Source: Azolla caroliniana
Taxonomy: Eukaryota > Plantae > Polypodiophyta
DNA length: 64,000 nucleotides
Direction: 5' to 3'
NCBI GenBank assembly: GCA_043228905.1
Contig: JBHGNT010000016.1
Span: 9,858,001 to 9,922,000, forward strand
Shown here: positions 1 through 12,889 of the stretch, in pieces
Layout of the letters: every line of letters begins with the position of its first letter
Numbering within the stretch: position 1 is the stretch's first letter
The notes under the pieces: generated by a model
The model's input: the letters and a program-made list of their open reading frames with translations, nothing else
Told to the model about the DNA's origin: nothing
Database searches by the model: none
Translations under genes and position numbers: made by a program

Positions 1-583
1 GGGGGGGGAGAGAGAGACAGACGCTCACACACGTATAGACAAAGAAGCGCATGGGGACGCGGCCGAACAACACAGGAGACACGAGTTGAGCAGGAAATAG
101 AGTATAAGAACACTAGTGTATGTATATAAATATATGTATGCAGACGACTCGAACGGTTACAGCCGATCAGGTCGGCGAGATAGATGCCGACGCCTGATCA
201 CCCACGCACACAGGGGGGGGCAAGATAGAGATTCTGTCGGAAGCACACGGGTGTTCCACGGAGCAGGATCAGCCTCTCGAGAACCTGCGCAAAAGAAGCT
301 ATGTAGAACGATAGAGAAGAAGAGCTCGGTCCCAGTCCGACAGCACTTCGTCCCCTCTAGCGCGCGATACCTTCTCTCCCCGTCTCCCTCTCTTTTATAG
401 CTCAAGGAGGGAGGCCGTTTCACCCGTTTACATCACATTAATTCTCTCTATTGAATATTGCTACCTAGGATTCAACTTTTGTGCCTACCTATCTACTATA
501 CAACAAGGGGCGTGCCCACGTGTAAGGGCCGGTTCACACACGCTATACACAGTTTGCGCCTGGGGACGGTTTTCTTCACGACA
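1..583 (-). repeat. 3' LTR of element A (cut by window edge)
   Basis: Begins TGTCGTGAAGAAAACC on the minus strand at 583. About 16 mismatches to 11692-12274 by eye (about 97% identity). Confidence 0.95.
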
Positions 584-620
584 TCCGCCCTCACCTAACC
601 GCGCATCCACCGGTATGCGC
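584..620 (-). promoter_or_regulatory. G-rich PPT of A (584-600) with adjacent hairpin (601-620)
   Basis: Minus strand reads GCGCAT-ACCGGTGG-ATGCGC then GGTTAGGTGAGGGCGGA, directly before the LTR TG. Confidence 0.75.
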
Positions 621-659
621 CAAAATTGGGTTCCTACTGGAGAAAACCGGTCCTAGTTT

Positions 660-3252
660 TTATTCCTCGTTTACCGGTTCGTCCTCCGCCTCGGGCTGCT
701 CGTCGTTGTTGTCCATGCCCCCTAGCTCTGGCTCACCGTTGTGCCGTTTCTTGAATGCTTTGATCCTCTTCCCCGCTACCGATATTGCCATTCTCGTACT
801 GTCGAGCTCCGCGAGATGGTACGTCCCATTGTCGTTGGCGCCTGCTACTACGTAAGGCCCGAACCACCTCCTCGCAAACTTCCGCGTGGCCCTGTGCTGA
901 TTGTCGAGGCTGCTGTCGTAGACTAGCACCCAGTCACCTTCCTCGATCTTCCTTGGCTGGAGCCGGTGTGTTCGGTCGAACCGGGCTTTGTTCCTTATCC
1001 TCGCTACCCGAAGTTTCTCCGCGGCTCGCTCTACGTCCTCCGGCCTCCGCTCGAGCTATCGAATCCGCGCCGCCAACAGTTCCTCCCGGCTCATCTCATC
1101 CCTCCAGTCCACCGTGGCCCACGAGGAGATCGTTCGCTCTGTTGGCATGATCGGCTTCTATCCGAACATGAGCTCCGCCGGCATGAACCCGGTTACCGAA
1201 CTGTGCGTAGTCCGGTCCGCCCACAAGGCATAAGGTAGCAGCCGTGGCCAGTTCCCGACTTGGCCTCCGCACGCCCGTACTAGCGCTTTGACAATCGGCC
1301 CGTGTCCGCGCTCTACCTTCCCGTTCGCCTTTGGATTGTACGCTATGGTGAGCGAAAGTTTGACTCCTAGCTGGTCGAACAGCTCTTCGGCCTCTTCTGC
1401 ATCCAACTCACCACGGTCAGCCACGATCTTCCCTATGCACCTGTATCGACATACCACGTCCTCAATCAAAAACCAGCACACGACTGTTGTCGTCTTGTTC
1501 TCCAGGGCTCGGCCTACAACCTGGTTCGTTAGATCCTCCCAAGCCAGCACTAGATACCGCATCTGTCCTACCCCCATTGGCATTGTCACCAAATCCACCA
1601 TCCACTTGAAGTGGACGGTCGGAGGGTGGGTCGGGTGAAGCTCGTCCCGGTGTTAGATCACGGAGTGCACCTGATAGCTTTCGCAAGTCATGACGAACCG
1701 ATGCACGTCCCGGTATAGTCCCGGCCACGAGTACTTCCCCTTTAGCTTTTCGAACGTGGCCCACGTTCCACGGTGTCCAGCCCAAGGACTATCGTGGTAC
1801 GCCACCAGCAAATCCTCCTGTTCCTCCTTCGCCACCACTCGGAGCGGGATGTCGTTCCTCTTCTTCGGGTGCTTCCATATATACCCGTCCTGGAGAAAGA
1901 ATCGGTATGCTTTCTTCCGAATCCGGTTGACCTCATCCTTTGTCCATGCCGCGTCCGGTGTCATTGTTCTCAGGAACCCGCCGATCTGCAACCAATCCCC
2001 GTTGTACTTGCTCTCGTCGAAATCGTTAAGCGTTGGAGTGCATTCCCTGCCAGTTGTTACGTAAGCCGCCTCGAAGAAGTCCACGCCGACTTCCTCGTCC
2101 TCCGAAACCATGCCGCCCTTGTTTTCGAACCTCGCCCTTGAAAGCATGTCAGCCATGGCATTGTCTTTCCCGGAAATGTGTTGTATTTCCGGATTCAGGG
2201 ACTTGATGTACGCTATCTACCTGAGCATTGCCAGGTCCGGCGTTGTGCATCCGGAAACCATGCCAAGAATTGGCAGGCAGTCCATCTCGATAATTACCTC
2301 TGTCCCGATTCGGTAGTCCCTATCGGCCTTTACCGCCGAAACGATACCCCAGAGCTCGTGTTTAACCTGGGCATATCCTCGTTGTCGCTCACTGAGGACC
2401 TTCGCGCTGAACCGGATCAAGAAACGCATGCCGTCCTCGTCCTCTTGGTTGACGACCCATCTGATCCCGGTTGGACTCGTGTCTACTGTTACGTAAATTG
2501 GAGTGTCCTTTCCGTAGACAGCCTTTCGGAGCGCTGGAGCTGCGGCAAGTGCTTCCTTCATCTTTCGGACAGACTCCGTATGCTCCTCTCTCCACTCGAA
2601 TTTTTGCCCCCTTTTTAGCAACCCATATAACGGCTCCGCGACGTGGGCGTAATGCGGGATCCAGATGTGGTAGAACGCGCATGCTCCCAAGAACCTCCGA
2701 ACCTCCATGACTGAGCTACAGTCGTGCTTCATCGCAGAGATGGCTTCTACCTTAGCCGGAGACGATTTCCGGCCATACGACCCGCATAGGTGTCCGACGA
2801 CCATGATCTCTGATTGCCCGAAGGCTGATTTTTCCTCGGAGAAGGTGAGCCTCGCGCCCTCTAACCTCTGCAACACCTTTTCGCAGTCATCGATGTGCGT
2901 TGCCACAAATTTCCGGCACCCGTTTGGTCCGATCATCTCGTCCTTTTCCTCCACCGGGCATCCCTTGATCGGGACGTCCTCCAAAAATGGCATGGTGATG
3001 TCCGGGATACAACCCCTCAGCACCTTGTTCATTGCGTTCACCATGTGAGCCACCGAGTTCGTCCCTCCTTGCGGTAGGGTACACATCCGTACTAGGCCGA
3101 GAGGAGTTCACATTGTCGTGATGTCTCTGCTCTCTATGGCTAGCTGGAACTGATCGTACCCCGAGTAGAGATCACCGACCAAGTAAATCGACCTTCTGGC
3201 GAAGGCCTCCGCGAACTCGTCTATTGTCGGTCCGATTCCTGCGTTTCGAATG
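660..3252 (-). pseudogene. pol: A pol, 3' part (RT, RNase H, integrase), with stops
   Basis: Motifs DLYSGYDQ, LPQGGTNS, PFLED (degenerate xxDD), RH VDTSP..ELWG..DCLP..ADMLSR, INT HDSPWAGH..C, DRGE, NGKVER, WFGPY. Split over ORFs 3108-3389, 2217-3086, 1653-2156, 1158-1601 and 660-929. Confidence 0.95.
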
Positions 3253-3457
3253 TGTAGAAAGTAGCGTGCGGAAGCAAGTATGAAGACCGAATAGAAGAGA
3301 GGAAACACAGGTTTAATGGAGAGCTTGAGCTTACACGGTATACACAGGAGAGATAGAGAGATAAACACAAAAGAAAAAATATTCAACAATAATACTCAGT
3401 CTGTACATAAGACGTGCTCAGTGAGCACTTTAATACAAGTCCTAGAAGGACTGACCG
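3253..3457 (-). repeat. Truncated 3' LTR of C1 (distal about 205 bp only)
   Basis: Matches 8160-8364, and homology stops at GGACTGACCG. Confidence 0.9.
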
Positions 3458-6400
3458 TGCTTCTCCTGCTGCCTCTTCTTCCGCTTGGGCCTCGGTTGAT
3501 TCAACGTGTCTGAATCAAACATCCGAACCGACTCAGCTATCTCCGATCGGTTTTCTCTCTCGTCCGAGTTGGCTGTCTCCAACTCTTCTTCGGTCTTCTC
3601 GCCCTCAATGGCGTCATCTTCCTCGTGCGTGGTTGGCTTCGGCTCTCTCCTTTGGTTGCTCCCTTTCAATCTGCTTCCGAACTTTTCCGCGGGTCCGCCC
3701 TCGGCTTCTTCAGCCGATCCGATGTCGAACATATCGACCGACTCGGTGTCGCGGTCTCCGCTCCTTTCCTGCTGCCTTGCTCGGTCGTTCGGGACTGTTT
3801 TCCCCCTCAAGTTCGGCACATCGAGGTGATGCAACTTGAGTGCACCTGAGAATTGCCGCAACCTGTCCAGACCAAGAGGCTTGGTGAAGATGTCGGCAGC
3901 TTGCCGATCCGTCGGAACGTATTGAAGTTCGACTTCACCGGAAAGGACACGCTCACGGATGAAGTGGTAGTGCACCTCAATGTGCTTGGTCCGTGCGGGG
4001 AAGACGGGGTTCTTCGCGAGTTGGATGCTGCTGAGGTTGTCGCAGTAGATCGTCGTCGGATTTGACACCTCCTCTTGCAGGTCCGTAAGTAGCCGCTTCA
4101 ACCATATGGCTTCGCATGTTGCGATAGCCGCTCCTCGGTACTCAGCTTCGGTGCTCGACAGTGCAACTATCGGCTGCTTCTTACTGCTCCACGCGATCGC
4201 GGCACTCCTGAGGGAGAACGCGTATCTAGACGTGGATCGGCGATCGGCGGCGTTTGCCAGCCCAATCAGCATCGGTGTAGCCGACTAACTGCGTGGCTGC
4301 ACCGGTCCGATATAGCAGTCCTCGGTCCTTAGTGCCACTTACATACCGCAGTATGCGTTGCACACACTGAAGGTGCTCCTCGGTAGGTCGCGCCATGAAC
4401 TGACTGATCACTCCGACCGGATAACTGAGGTCGGGTCGGGTGATGGTCAAGTATATGAGACTTCCGACAATTTGTCGGAACCTCGTCGGGTCGCATACCT
4501 TTCCCGTGTCGGGACGAAGCTTGATGGTTCTGTCCAGAGGAGTCAAGATGGACTTACAGTTGGCCATCCCGAGTTTGAAGAGCATATTCAGCACATAATG
4601 ACGTTGGCTGATCAATATGCCTTCGGGGGTACGGATCACTTCGATCCCGAGGAAGTAATGAAGGTCTCCCAGATCCTTCATGTTGAACGATGCCGCAAGC
4701 TGAAGCTTCACGTGGTCGATTTCACCTAGGTCGGCGCCGGTGATGACCAAGTCATCAACATATAGTAGAATACTAACCGGTCCGGGTCGACCTTTCCGGA
4801 TAAACAGGGAAGAGTCCGATTTTGACGTGTCAAAGCCCATCCGACGCAGTTGTTGCGTGATCTTCGCGTTCTAGGCACGCGGGGCTTGCTTCAGTCCGTA
4901 AAGGGACTTCTTCAGTCGGCATACTGCCGAGGAGTTCGTTCCAGAGTGAAATCTGGGGGGCTGTACCATGTACACTTGTTCCTCAAGGTCACCTTGCAGG
5001 AACGCATTCTTTACATCCATCTGATGTAAGTGCCACCCCTTGGCCATGGCTACCGCGAGCAAAACACGGAAAGTCGTCATTTTCGCGACCGGCACAAACG
5101 TCTCATCGTAGTCGATGCCGTGTTTCTGTGCGTAGCCCTTTGCCACTAGCCGAGCCTTGTACCGGTTGACCGAGCCATCGGTGTTGTACTTGACTTTGTA
5201 CACCCATCTACACCCGATCGGCTTCACACCCTTCGGTGCGTCAACCAGGTCCCAGGTCTCGTTCTCCGCCAATGCATGCATCTCTTCCTCCATTGCGGCA
5301 CGCCAATTCGCGTCTTTTGCCGCTTCTGCGTAGCTCTCCGGCTCACGCACTTCCGCTACACGGGTCATGTATGCATAATGATGTGCCATGTACTCGTTGT
5401 ATCCGAACCGCACAACTGGGTTCTTTTGGCGGGTAGATCGGCGTAATCTCACATCAGCCGATGTCGAGGCCTTCTCAGTCGACGCGGCCTTCACCTTTAA
5501 AGACCCGTCACCGGTTCCCTTGGAGTCGGACTCGCGTCGGTCTGACTCATTCCTTTCCGTGCCGGAATCTGACACCTTCTTCTTCCCTTTCTCTTTGCGC
5601 GTAAGCCGTCTCCTCAGCTTCCTGCGCGGGGAATGCACGGCCAAGTCTCCACTACTCGCCGGCTCTTCATCGGACTGGTCGTACCGACTCAGTCGTCCAA
5701 TTAGTCCACTTAACCGGAGTGAAATTGGACTCTCTTCGCGGGTCTCGATTTCTGGCTCATCCGGAGGCATCTCAACCTCGCTGACCTCATCGTCAGAACT
5801 CGTATTGGAGTCGGGGTTCCGAGTGGGGGCAGGTACCAAGACGCGGAGTCGTCAAACACAACGTCGCGGCTGACACGCGCTTGTTTGGTGCGAGGGTTAT
5901 AGCACTTATAACCCTTCTGCTCGTCCGAGTAACCGACCAAGATGCACTTCTCGGCCCTTGCGTCCAGCTTCCTCCTTTTCTCCTTCGGTACATGCACATA
6001 CGCAATGCTACCGAACACCCTCAAGTGTCGCAAGTTCAACTTCGTTCCAAAATATAGCTCGTGCGCCGACACTTTGTCTCCGATCCGGTTTTGGATGTAT
6101 ACCGCGATCCTTACCGCCTCGGCCCAATAGAACTTGGGCAAGCTCTTCTCCTCTAGCATTGCCCATGCCGCTTCAACAACTGACCGACTCTTTCTCTCGG
6201 CCACGCCGTTCTGCTCTGGTGTGTATCTACAACTGAATTCGCGCCGAATTCCCATTTGTTGTAGATAACCGTTGAATTGACCGGAAAAGTACTCTTTCCC
6301 GCCATCCGACCGCAGGTACTTGATCTTTCGTCCCGTTTCGGCTTCCACGAACCCTTTGAGGTCCTGGAAACAGTCGAAGACTTCGCTCTTCCTCTCAATG

Positions 6401-8087
6401 AGGTAGATCCACGTGTGCCGCATGTGGTCGTCGATGAAGGAGAAGAAATATCGGCTCCCGCCAAGACTAACATTTTGTGTCGGCCCCCATACATCGGAGT
6501 GTATAAGGTCGAGCTTGTTCTGGCTCCGGTTTTGCTCGTTGGGGAAGGGAAGTCGGCGTTGCTTCCCGAGCTGGCAGGCTTCACAAATTTGTGCCTTTCG
6601 GCCACTAAATTTGGGGAAACCGAACACTACCTGTTTCGTTTGCAGATCTTGAAGCCGCTGGTAGTTGACGTGGCCTATCCGCTTGTGCCACAAGTCGATG
6701 TCCGACTCAGTCTTTTGTCCCTTCGCGAACATTGCGGTGCTGCTGTCAGTGGAATCGAGGATGAACATCCTCCTGTCTCTGCGCCCTTGCGCAATCACAC
6801 GGCCTTCTTCCTGAATGAAGCACCCGAGGTGTGTAAACCGAACCTCCGTCCCTTGGTCGACGATCTGTCCGACCGAGACCAAGTTCTTCGTGATTGTCGG
6901 AACGTGCAACACGTTCTTGAGTTTCCCTTTCTACCCGACATGGCTAAGCGGAACTTCTCCGACATTCGCGATCGGATGCGGAGTGTCGTCTCCTGTTGCG
7001 ACTACTCTCGGTTGTATCGGTTTTTCAAGGTACGAGAACCACTCCTTATGGCTCGTCATGTGGTTTCACGCGCCGGAGTCTACGTACCACACCTCGTCCG
7101 ATCTCGGGCTGCTCTGTTTCATTGAGTTTGCTTCGTGTCTCGTCACGAAGACAGACCCTTCTCCAGCTCTCCCGGAGTCTTCGGCGTAGTGCGATTGCTG
7201 CCGATTTCCCTTGTCGGTATTTCTGGAGTCATTTCTCTCCGAATCGGCGCGCTTCTTCCAACACTCACTTTCCTTGTGGCCTTTCTTGCCACAGTACCAG
7301 CACTCCGCGATGGACTTCCCTTGCCTGTTCTCATCGCTTCGACTCCCCCTGTTTCCGGAGGGTCCGGAGTTGCTGTCGGCATTACTTCGGTGCCTTCTTC
7401 CTTGATCTCGTCGGCCGCCTCCATTGCGCACCGACTCGCCTCATCCTCCACGTCCACGGGGCCTATCTCCTTCTGTGTACAACATTCTGTTGTCGGTGTG
7501 CGTGCTTGTAAACGCACCCGCGTGGTTCTCCTCTACCAGGAGCATCGACTGTAAGTCGAAAAAGGACGGCGTATTCTCCTGGGTACACACAGCCGTTCGG
7601 AACACTCCGAACTTCGACGCCAAACCTCCGAGACAGATCTGGACCATCTCGCTCTCCTCGATGTTCACCTCTATGGAGGTGAGGGAGTCGCAGATATCCT
7701 TGATCTTCGAGGTATAGTCCGCCACCGACAAGTCGCGTTGTCGTAGGTTGCTCAACTCCTGTCGGAGCTAAAGCTTCCTGGCTGTGGTGCTCGCGGCGAA
7801 AATCTTCTTCAGATTTTCCCACGCACCCTTTGGTGTCTTTGCATCCCGAACATAGCTCAATAGTTGTTCGCCCACACACGATGCGAAGCAGTATAGTACC
7901 CTGCTCGCCGATTGCTCCCACAACGGGAAGTCTCTGTGTGTCGATTCGGGTGCCGCGTCATTAGCTCCTTCCACATAACTCCAGTAGCCGTGCCCGAGCA
8001 GTACTGGTGCATCTTGTAGGACCAAGACGCGTAGTTGGTTCTGTCGAGCTTCTCTGTTGGAAGCGAGCTCGCCATGCCTCTATCCAT
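3442..8087 (-). pseudogene. gag-pol: C1 gag-PR-INT-RT-RH polyprotein with stops and frameshifts
   Basis: Zn knuckle [99 protein letters not shown]. Confidence 0.96.
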
Positions 8088-8147
8088 CGTTCTTCTTGTT
8101 CTTCTTCGTCAAGCTGTATCGGCTGCAAAGAGGTTCTCAACCCTCGC

Positions 8148-8159
8148 GCTCTGATACCA
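8148..8159 (-). promoter_or_regulatory. PBS of C1 (tRNA-iMet)
   Basis: TGGTATCAGAGC immediately after the 5' LTR. Confidence 0.92.
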
Positions 8160-8547
8160 TGTAGAAAGTAGCGTGCGGAAGCAAGTATGAAGACCGAACA
8201 GAAGAGAGGAAACACATGTTTAATGGAGAGCTTGAGCTTACACAGTATACACAGGAGAGACAGAGAGAGAAACACAAAAAAAAATATATTCAACAATAAT
8301 ACTCAGTCTGTACATAAGACGTGCTCGGTGAGCACTTTAATACAAGTCCTAGAAGGACTGACCGAAGTACTGACAGTACTTCAAGGCTCATTACGAGCTC
8401 CTACACTAACTCCCAAATATATTCCTCACGGAATATCTTTCCTAACGATCTCCCGGTTTATGTACTCGGCCTAACCGATTGGTCCCAACCTATCCGGTCC
8501 TCGGCTTCTTCAGCCGATCCAGCCGATGTTGAGCTTGTCTCTCAACA
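8160..8547 (-). repeat. 5' LTR of C1 (388 bp)
   Basis: TGTTGAGAG...TTCTACA on the minus strand. Homologous over its full length to 42308-42694. Confidence 0.94.
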
Positions 8548-9447
8548 GAATGGTCACCTTGTTGACTGGCTGCAGATCTTGAATAAAGCGCAGCGTGCCG
8601 TTCTTCTTCGGCATGGTAAACCACCGATTCGAGTATGGGGCAGTCAACGGTTCGAGGATGCCCATCTCGACCTTCTGCTTTAACAGCTCCATCAGCTTCG
8701 AGATGTGAGCTCTGGGTACTGGAATCGGTTTGAGACTCCACGGCACATGCGGTACCGTGAATATCACCATCGGTTCCATGACAGTCGGGTCTACGCACCC
8801 GATCTCCTCCGGTGAGAATGCAAAAGCCTTCCCGTGCCTTCCGTGCATTCCCCGAAACCGATCCTCTTCCGCCAGCAGTAGGAAGCCTCCCCCACCAATT
8901 TTGAGCTCACATAGTGTTATGTCAGTGAACGTGTGTCCTATGCGGGCCGGATTTCGTAAACTCGGGTCCGACGCAACCCCCTTTATTCGCAGCTCGCTGC
9001 CCTCCGACAAGTGAGCCGCGACTAGCCTCACCATCCGGTCCACAGTCTTGTACCTCGTGCCCACCCGGGCCGTCCGATCCGACTCGAGCCCTCTACTGAA
9101 GTCCACGATGACTTCGTACATCCTTTCCGAACATACCTGAATCGTCCGGTCCTCTTTAAGGACTCCTCGGACTACCTCTCGCAGCTCCCCCAAGGTATCG
9201 TCGAAGAGACCGCCTCCACGACTCCGTTGATTTCCTCTCCAGGGCCGAGGATACCACATGCCCGAAGTCGCTCCTCCGCCCTTTTCTTCTTCCGGCCAAC
9301 GACGTCAACTATCGTATACCCTCCATTGTCGGAGAACCAAAATTTCCTACTTATAGTACAGGTCTTCTTCGCTATCGTACACTTGTGGGGTTTTCCCAGA
9401 GTGTCCGGACTATCGCGGCCCCACACCTTGATAGCCCTCTCTAAAAA
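8548..9447 (-). pseudogene. pol: A pol, 5' part (linker and RT N-terminus)
   Basis: YKTVDRMVRLV, VPHVPW, PYSNRWF, LRFIQDLQPVNKVT. Collinear with pol of B and E. Confidence 0.92.
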
Positions 9448-9450
9448 TCT
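9384..9450 (-). promoter_or_regulatory. Putative -1 frameshift signal (slippery site plus pseudoknot) of A
   Basis: A GAT TTT TAG, then stem GGGCTATC/GATAGTCC and stem TGTGGGG/CCCCACA. Same arrangement as in B and E. Confidence 0.7.
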
Positions 9451-11567
9451 TCTCGGCTTTCGCCCCCGAGGGTCTCGCGGTTCCGCTCATGGTTCGGTCT
9501 CACCGTCAGGAATTGGACCGAGTGACGCCCATCCTGGCTCTTGACCCTTGCATAGGCCGGGCCGTTGTCCAGCACCTTGGTCTCCATCCGTGCTGTCGTG
9601 ATGTACGGTTCTCCTATTATAACCGGATGTGAGGACGTCTCCTGCATGAAGAAGTGCTGGTCAATCTCGACATCGCCGATTTTTACTCGTACATTCGGGC
9701 AGGCTCCATGGAGTTCTTCGGTGGCACGCGTTGTTGCCCGTATTTTCCACCCGTGCTTGGTGTTGATCGGCCATTTCCCCTTCTTGTAGAAGTCCATGGA
9801 CATCAAATTGATTTCTGAACCGTGGTCCACCAACGCCACCACCGGTTCATGAACATCTCCGATCTTCACGGGGGTCTCCGTGGTCGCTGTGGCCCAGTGC
9901 AGCCTCGAATAGTGGCTCTCCGCCAACTAGTCTTCCAGCGCCATGTCCTCTATGTGCGTCGTCCGCACCTCCATTGGCTTCTCCGGTTCTGTCTCCGTCG
10001 ACAACCTCTTCCTCTTCACCAAGTCTACGATGGAGTCGTGGAACTCCTTCTTGGCGATCCCGAGCACTTCCCTCAGCGACAGTTCCACCTTGCTGTCGAG
10101 GATTCGTTCTTCCAGGACCTTTCGTAGGTCCGTGGATCTTTCGATTTCTGTGCCCAGCCGGTACCCGCCCTTCTTGGGATTATCCTAGGCGTCAGTTACA
10201 CCGGCCTCATTCCGCCTTTTCCCGAATCGAGTTTCATATCGTTGCGAGGGCCCAGCCCCCCCAGTTTTCCCTACCTGCTTGTGCTCCACTAGAGCCTCGT
10301 AGTTTTGACAAGCGGCTTCGACGAAGCCCGTCTTTTCTTCCACTGGGACACTCCACCCGGTTACCTCCCGAACCCGTTTTTCCATGCGGTCCGCCTCTTC
10401 TTTCCTTAGTCGTGCGCCGGCGAGGCCTTCTAGCATCGTCGGCCAGAACCTGGCTTTGTTCTTCTTTGGGGCCTCGCCTCCTCCGGCCCGAATACCAGCT
10501 CACGCCGAGTAGTGGACGGTCTCCGCATGGCGAGCCGCTGCCTCCTCCATCAGCTTTTTCATACCTCCTCGCCCGACGTTCAGGTCCAGGGCCCTTTGGG
10601 TCTTGTTGGTGTGCACCCGACCGTTCCACAGGTACACCACGTTGCTTCTCATCGCCTCGGCGAAGTCCCCGCAGTCCTTCCAGATGTGGCCAACCGCGTC
10701 ACACCACATGCACCTGTTTCCAGCCAGAGGTCGTCGGTCACGGGCCTGTTCGCCACCATCCCTCCGTGCCTGGGCAATCTGGAGATCCTTTACCATCCGC
10801 GTCAGTTCCTCCAGAGCTACTCCCCTAGAGGAGCCCTTGACCATGTCGGTCGAAGCCGATTCGGTCTCAAGCCAATCTCGGGTCTCTTCCCTTCGCGTTG
10901 GTGGTGTTGGCTCGAGCTTCCTTGCTGCGACAGAGCCCGCCCCTGTCGATCCTTTGTCAACCCATTCCCGCCGTTTGTCGAAACAGCCACAGACCCTCTT
11001 CACCATGGCCCAGTCGGCCGTCAGCTCGTCATCAGTCTCCAATAGGAGGCCTACTTGCTCCCGATCCCGCTCGTCAACTGACTTAACAAACAATAGGACA
11101 CGACCTGTGTCCAGAATGGTCCGGTCAAGCACCGAGAGGCGCGCGAAGCGTTCCTCAAACGCCTGGAGGAGCACCGACGCGTTCCTTCCTTTGTCGGGGG
11201 TCTCCATCCACTCCATGAAGTCCCGCTTTGAAAGTCGAACTGCATCTTCAAGCCCGTATTTTTCGAGGAGCCGACCTTCGAACTCCTCCTAGGTCCGGCT
11301 CTCGGCCCGTACCTCGAGCACCTCCGTCTGGATGCCTGGCATCACCACTTGAGGGAATCCGGCCAGACGCCTCTCTTCTGGAATGTCCCTCATTACCATC
11401 TCAGCTCGGTAGGATGCCAAGTAGCTCGTGGCATCCTTCCCACTAAACCGGCCGATCGTATCGACAACCGCCTCGATAGCCCTATCAAGGGCGCCGGTGC
11501 CTTCGCGCGCACTCACTATACAGTCCACAGCCGAAGTCATGGCTTCTGCGAGGTTCGACCCCCTCAT
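9441..11567 (-). pseudogene. gag: A gag-protease with stops
   Basis: RFSGKDATSYL, Zn knuckle CMWCDAVGHIWKDC, protease ALVDHGSEINLM..IIGEP. Ends REDF*. Confidence 0.92.
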
Positions 11568-11588
11568 CTTCTACTCCTCTGCCGCATG

Positions 11589-11606
11589 TTCACGTCGGGT
11601 TCACCA
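11589..11606 (-). promoter_or_regulatory. PBS of A complementary to the tRNA-Trp 3' end
   Basis: TGGTGAACCCGACGTGAA, the complement of the plant tRNA-Trp 3' end TTCACGTCGGGTTCACCA (recalled, not database-checked). Separated from the LTR by 4 nt (TCTT). Confidence 0.85.
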
Positions 11607-11610
11607 AAGA

Positions 11611-12274
11611 TGTCACGTTGCTACGCGCGTGCGTGGAGAACAAGGCGGGACCACTGGGTTCTTGGACCGAGGAATAGGTGAGAAAAGGGGGGGGGGGGCA
11701 GAGAGAGATAGACGCTCACACACGTATAGACAAAGAAGCGCACGGGGACGCGGCCCAACAACACAGGAGACACGAGTTGAGCAGGAAATAGAGTATAAGA
11801 ACACTAGTGTATGTATATAAATATATGTATGCAGACGACTCGAACGGTTACAGCCGATCAGGTCGGCGAGATAGATGTCGACGCCTGATCACCCACGCAC
11901 ACAGGGGGGGGCAAGATGGAGATTCTGTCGGAAGCACACGGGTGTTCCACGAAGCAGGATCAACCTCTCGAGAACCTGCGCAAAAGAAGCTATGGAGAAC
12001 GATAGAGAAGAAGAGCTCGGTCCCAGTCCGACAACACTTCGTCCCCTCTAGCGCGCGATACCTTCTCTCCCCGTCTCCCTCTCTTTTATAGCTCAAGGAG
12101 GGAGGCCGTTTCACCCGTTTACATCACATTAATTCTCTCTATCGAATATTGCTACCTAGGATTCGACTTTTGTGCCTACCTATCTACTATACAACAAGGG
12201 GCGTGCCCACGTGTAATGTCCGGTTCACACACGCTATACACGGTTTGCGCCTGGGGACGGTTTTCTTTACGACA
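11611..12274 (-). repeat. 5' LTR of A (664 bp)
   Basis: TG..CA ends and match to 1-583. Confidence 0.95.
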
Positions 12275-12278
12275 ACGG

Positions 12279-12845
12279 TGTCGTGAAGAAAACCGGCCAT
12301 AGGCGAAATCGGAGAGAAAGCGCATAAACCGGCTCTTACACGGATGGACGCGTGACTTGACATTTTGGACACGATTCATAAATGGATCGGTGGATGTAAA
12401 TAGTAAGTAGCACACATTCATTAGGGGATTGTGCGTATCTCTGTCAGGAGGGACAGGGAATAAAGGGAATTGACAAGAGGATGGGGATAAAAGGAGGAGA
12501 GGAGAAAGGGGAGAGGGGTATCGCGCACTAGGAAGGACGAAGTGCTGCTGCAGATTCGAGTGCCGAGCGCTCTCTTCTCCTCCGGTCGTCGGTCTCTGTG
12601 GGTCGGGAGCTCGCTGCCCCTGCTTCGTGGACAGCCCGTGCGCTTCCAGTAGAGGCTCTCCCCCTCCCCCCCCCCCTTCTTTGTTTGTTTTGGGGGTCGA
12701 GCGAGTGTTGTCTGTGTGTGTGAGTAGGATCCTCGTGTCGGGTCCATCGCCGCCTTGTCGGTTGTAACCATCAGAGTTGTATTCTCTTGTCGTTATTGAA
12801 ATCAAGTTTTACGTTCTATATCTCTCCTTCCCACTTCGCGTATCT

Positions 12846-12889
<44 letters not shown>

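Larger units (their letters stand above)
3253..8547 (-). mobile_element. Element C1: Ty1/copia inserted in the RT of A
   Basis: TG..CA ends and 5-bp TSD GAATG (3248-3252 and 8548-8552). A's RT reading NKVTI|RNAG rejoins across it. Confidence 0.96.
1..12274 (-). mobile_element. Element A: non-chromoviral Ty3/gypsy LTR retrotransposon with tRNA-Trp PBS; degenerate, interrupted by copia C1, left end outside the window
   Basis: Direct LTR pair (1-583 matches 11692-12274, offset 11691). PBS lies next to the right LTR and PPT next to the left LTR. Gag-PR-RT-RH-INT order on the minus strand. Confidence 0.95.

Noticed and set aside
116-423. Duplicated 94-aa and 88-aa ORFs as a conserved small gene
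   Set aside because: The duplication is just the LTR pair of A.
3253-3731. Asymmetric LTRs of C1 as a new replication mechanism
   Set aside because: A single internal deletion explains it more simply, and the TSD is intact.
6277-7125. Long antisense ORFs (also 9974-10828, 10603-11292, 56022-56885) as extra genes
   Set aside because: They are shadow or alternate frames of GC-rich gag/pol with no recognisable motifs.
11589-11606. tRNA-Trp gene or prophage att site (also 12952, 22783, 61682)
   Set aside because: Only the 3' 17-18 nt are present, next to an LTR end, which is a primer-binding site.
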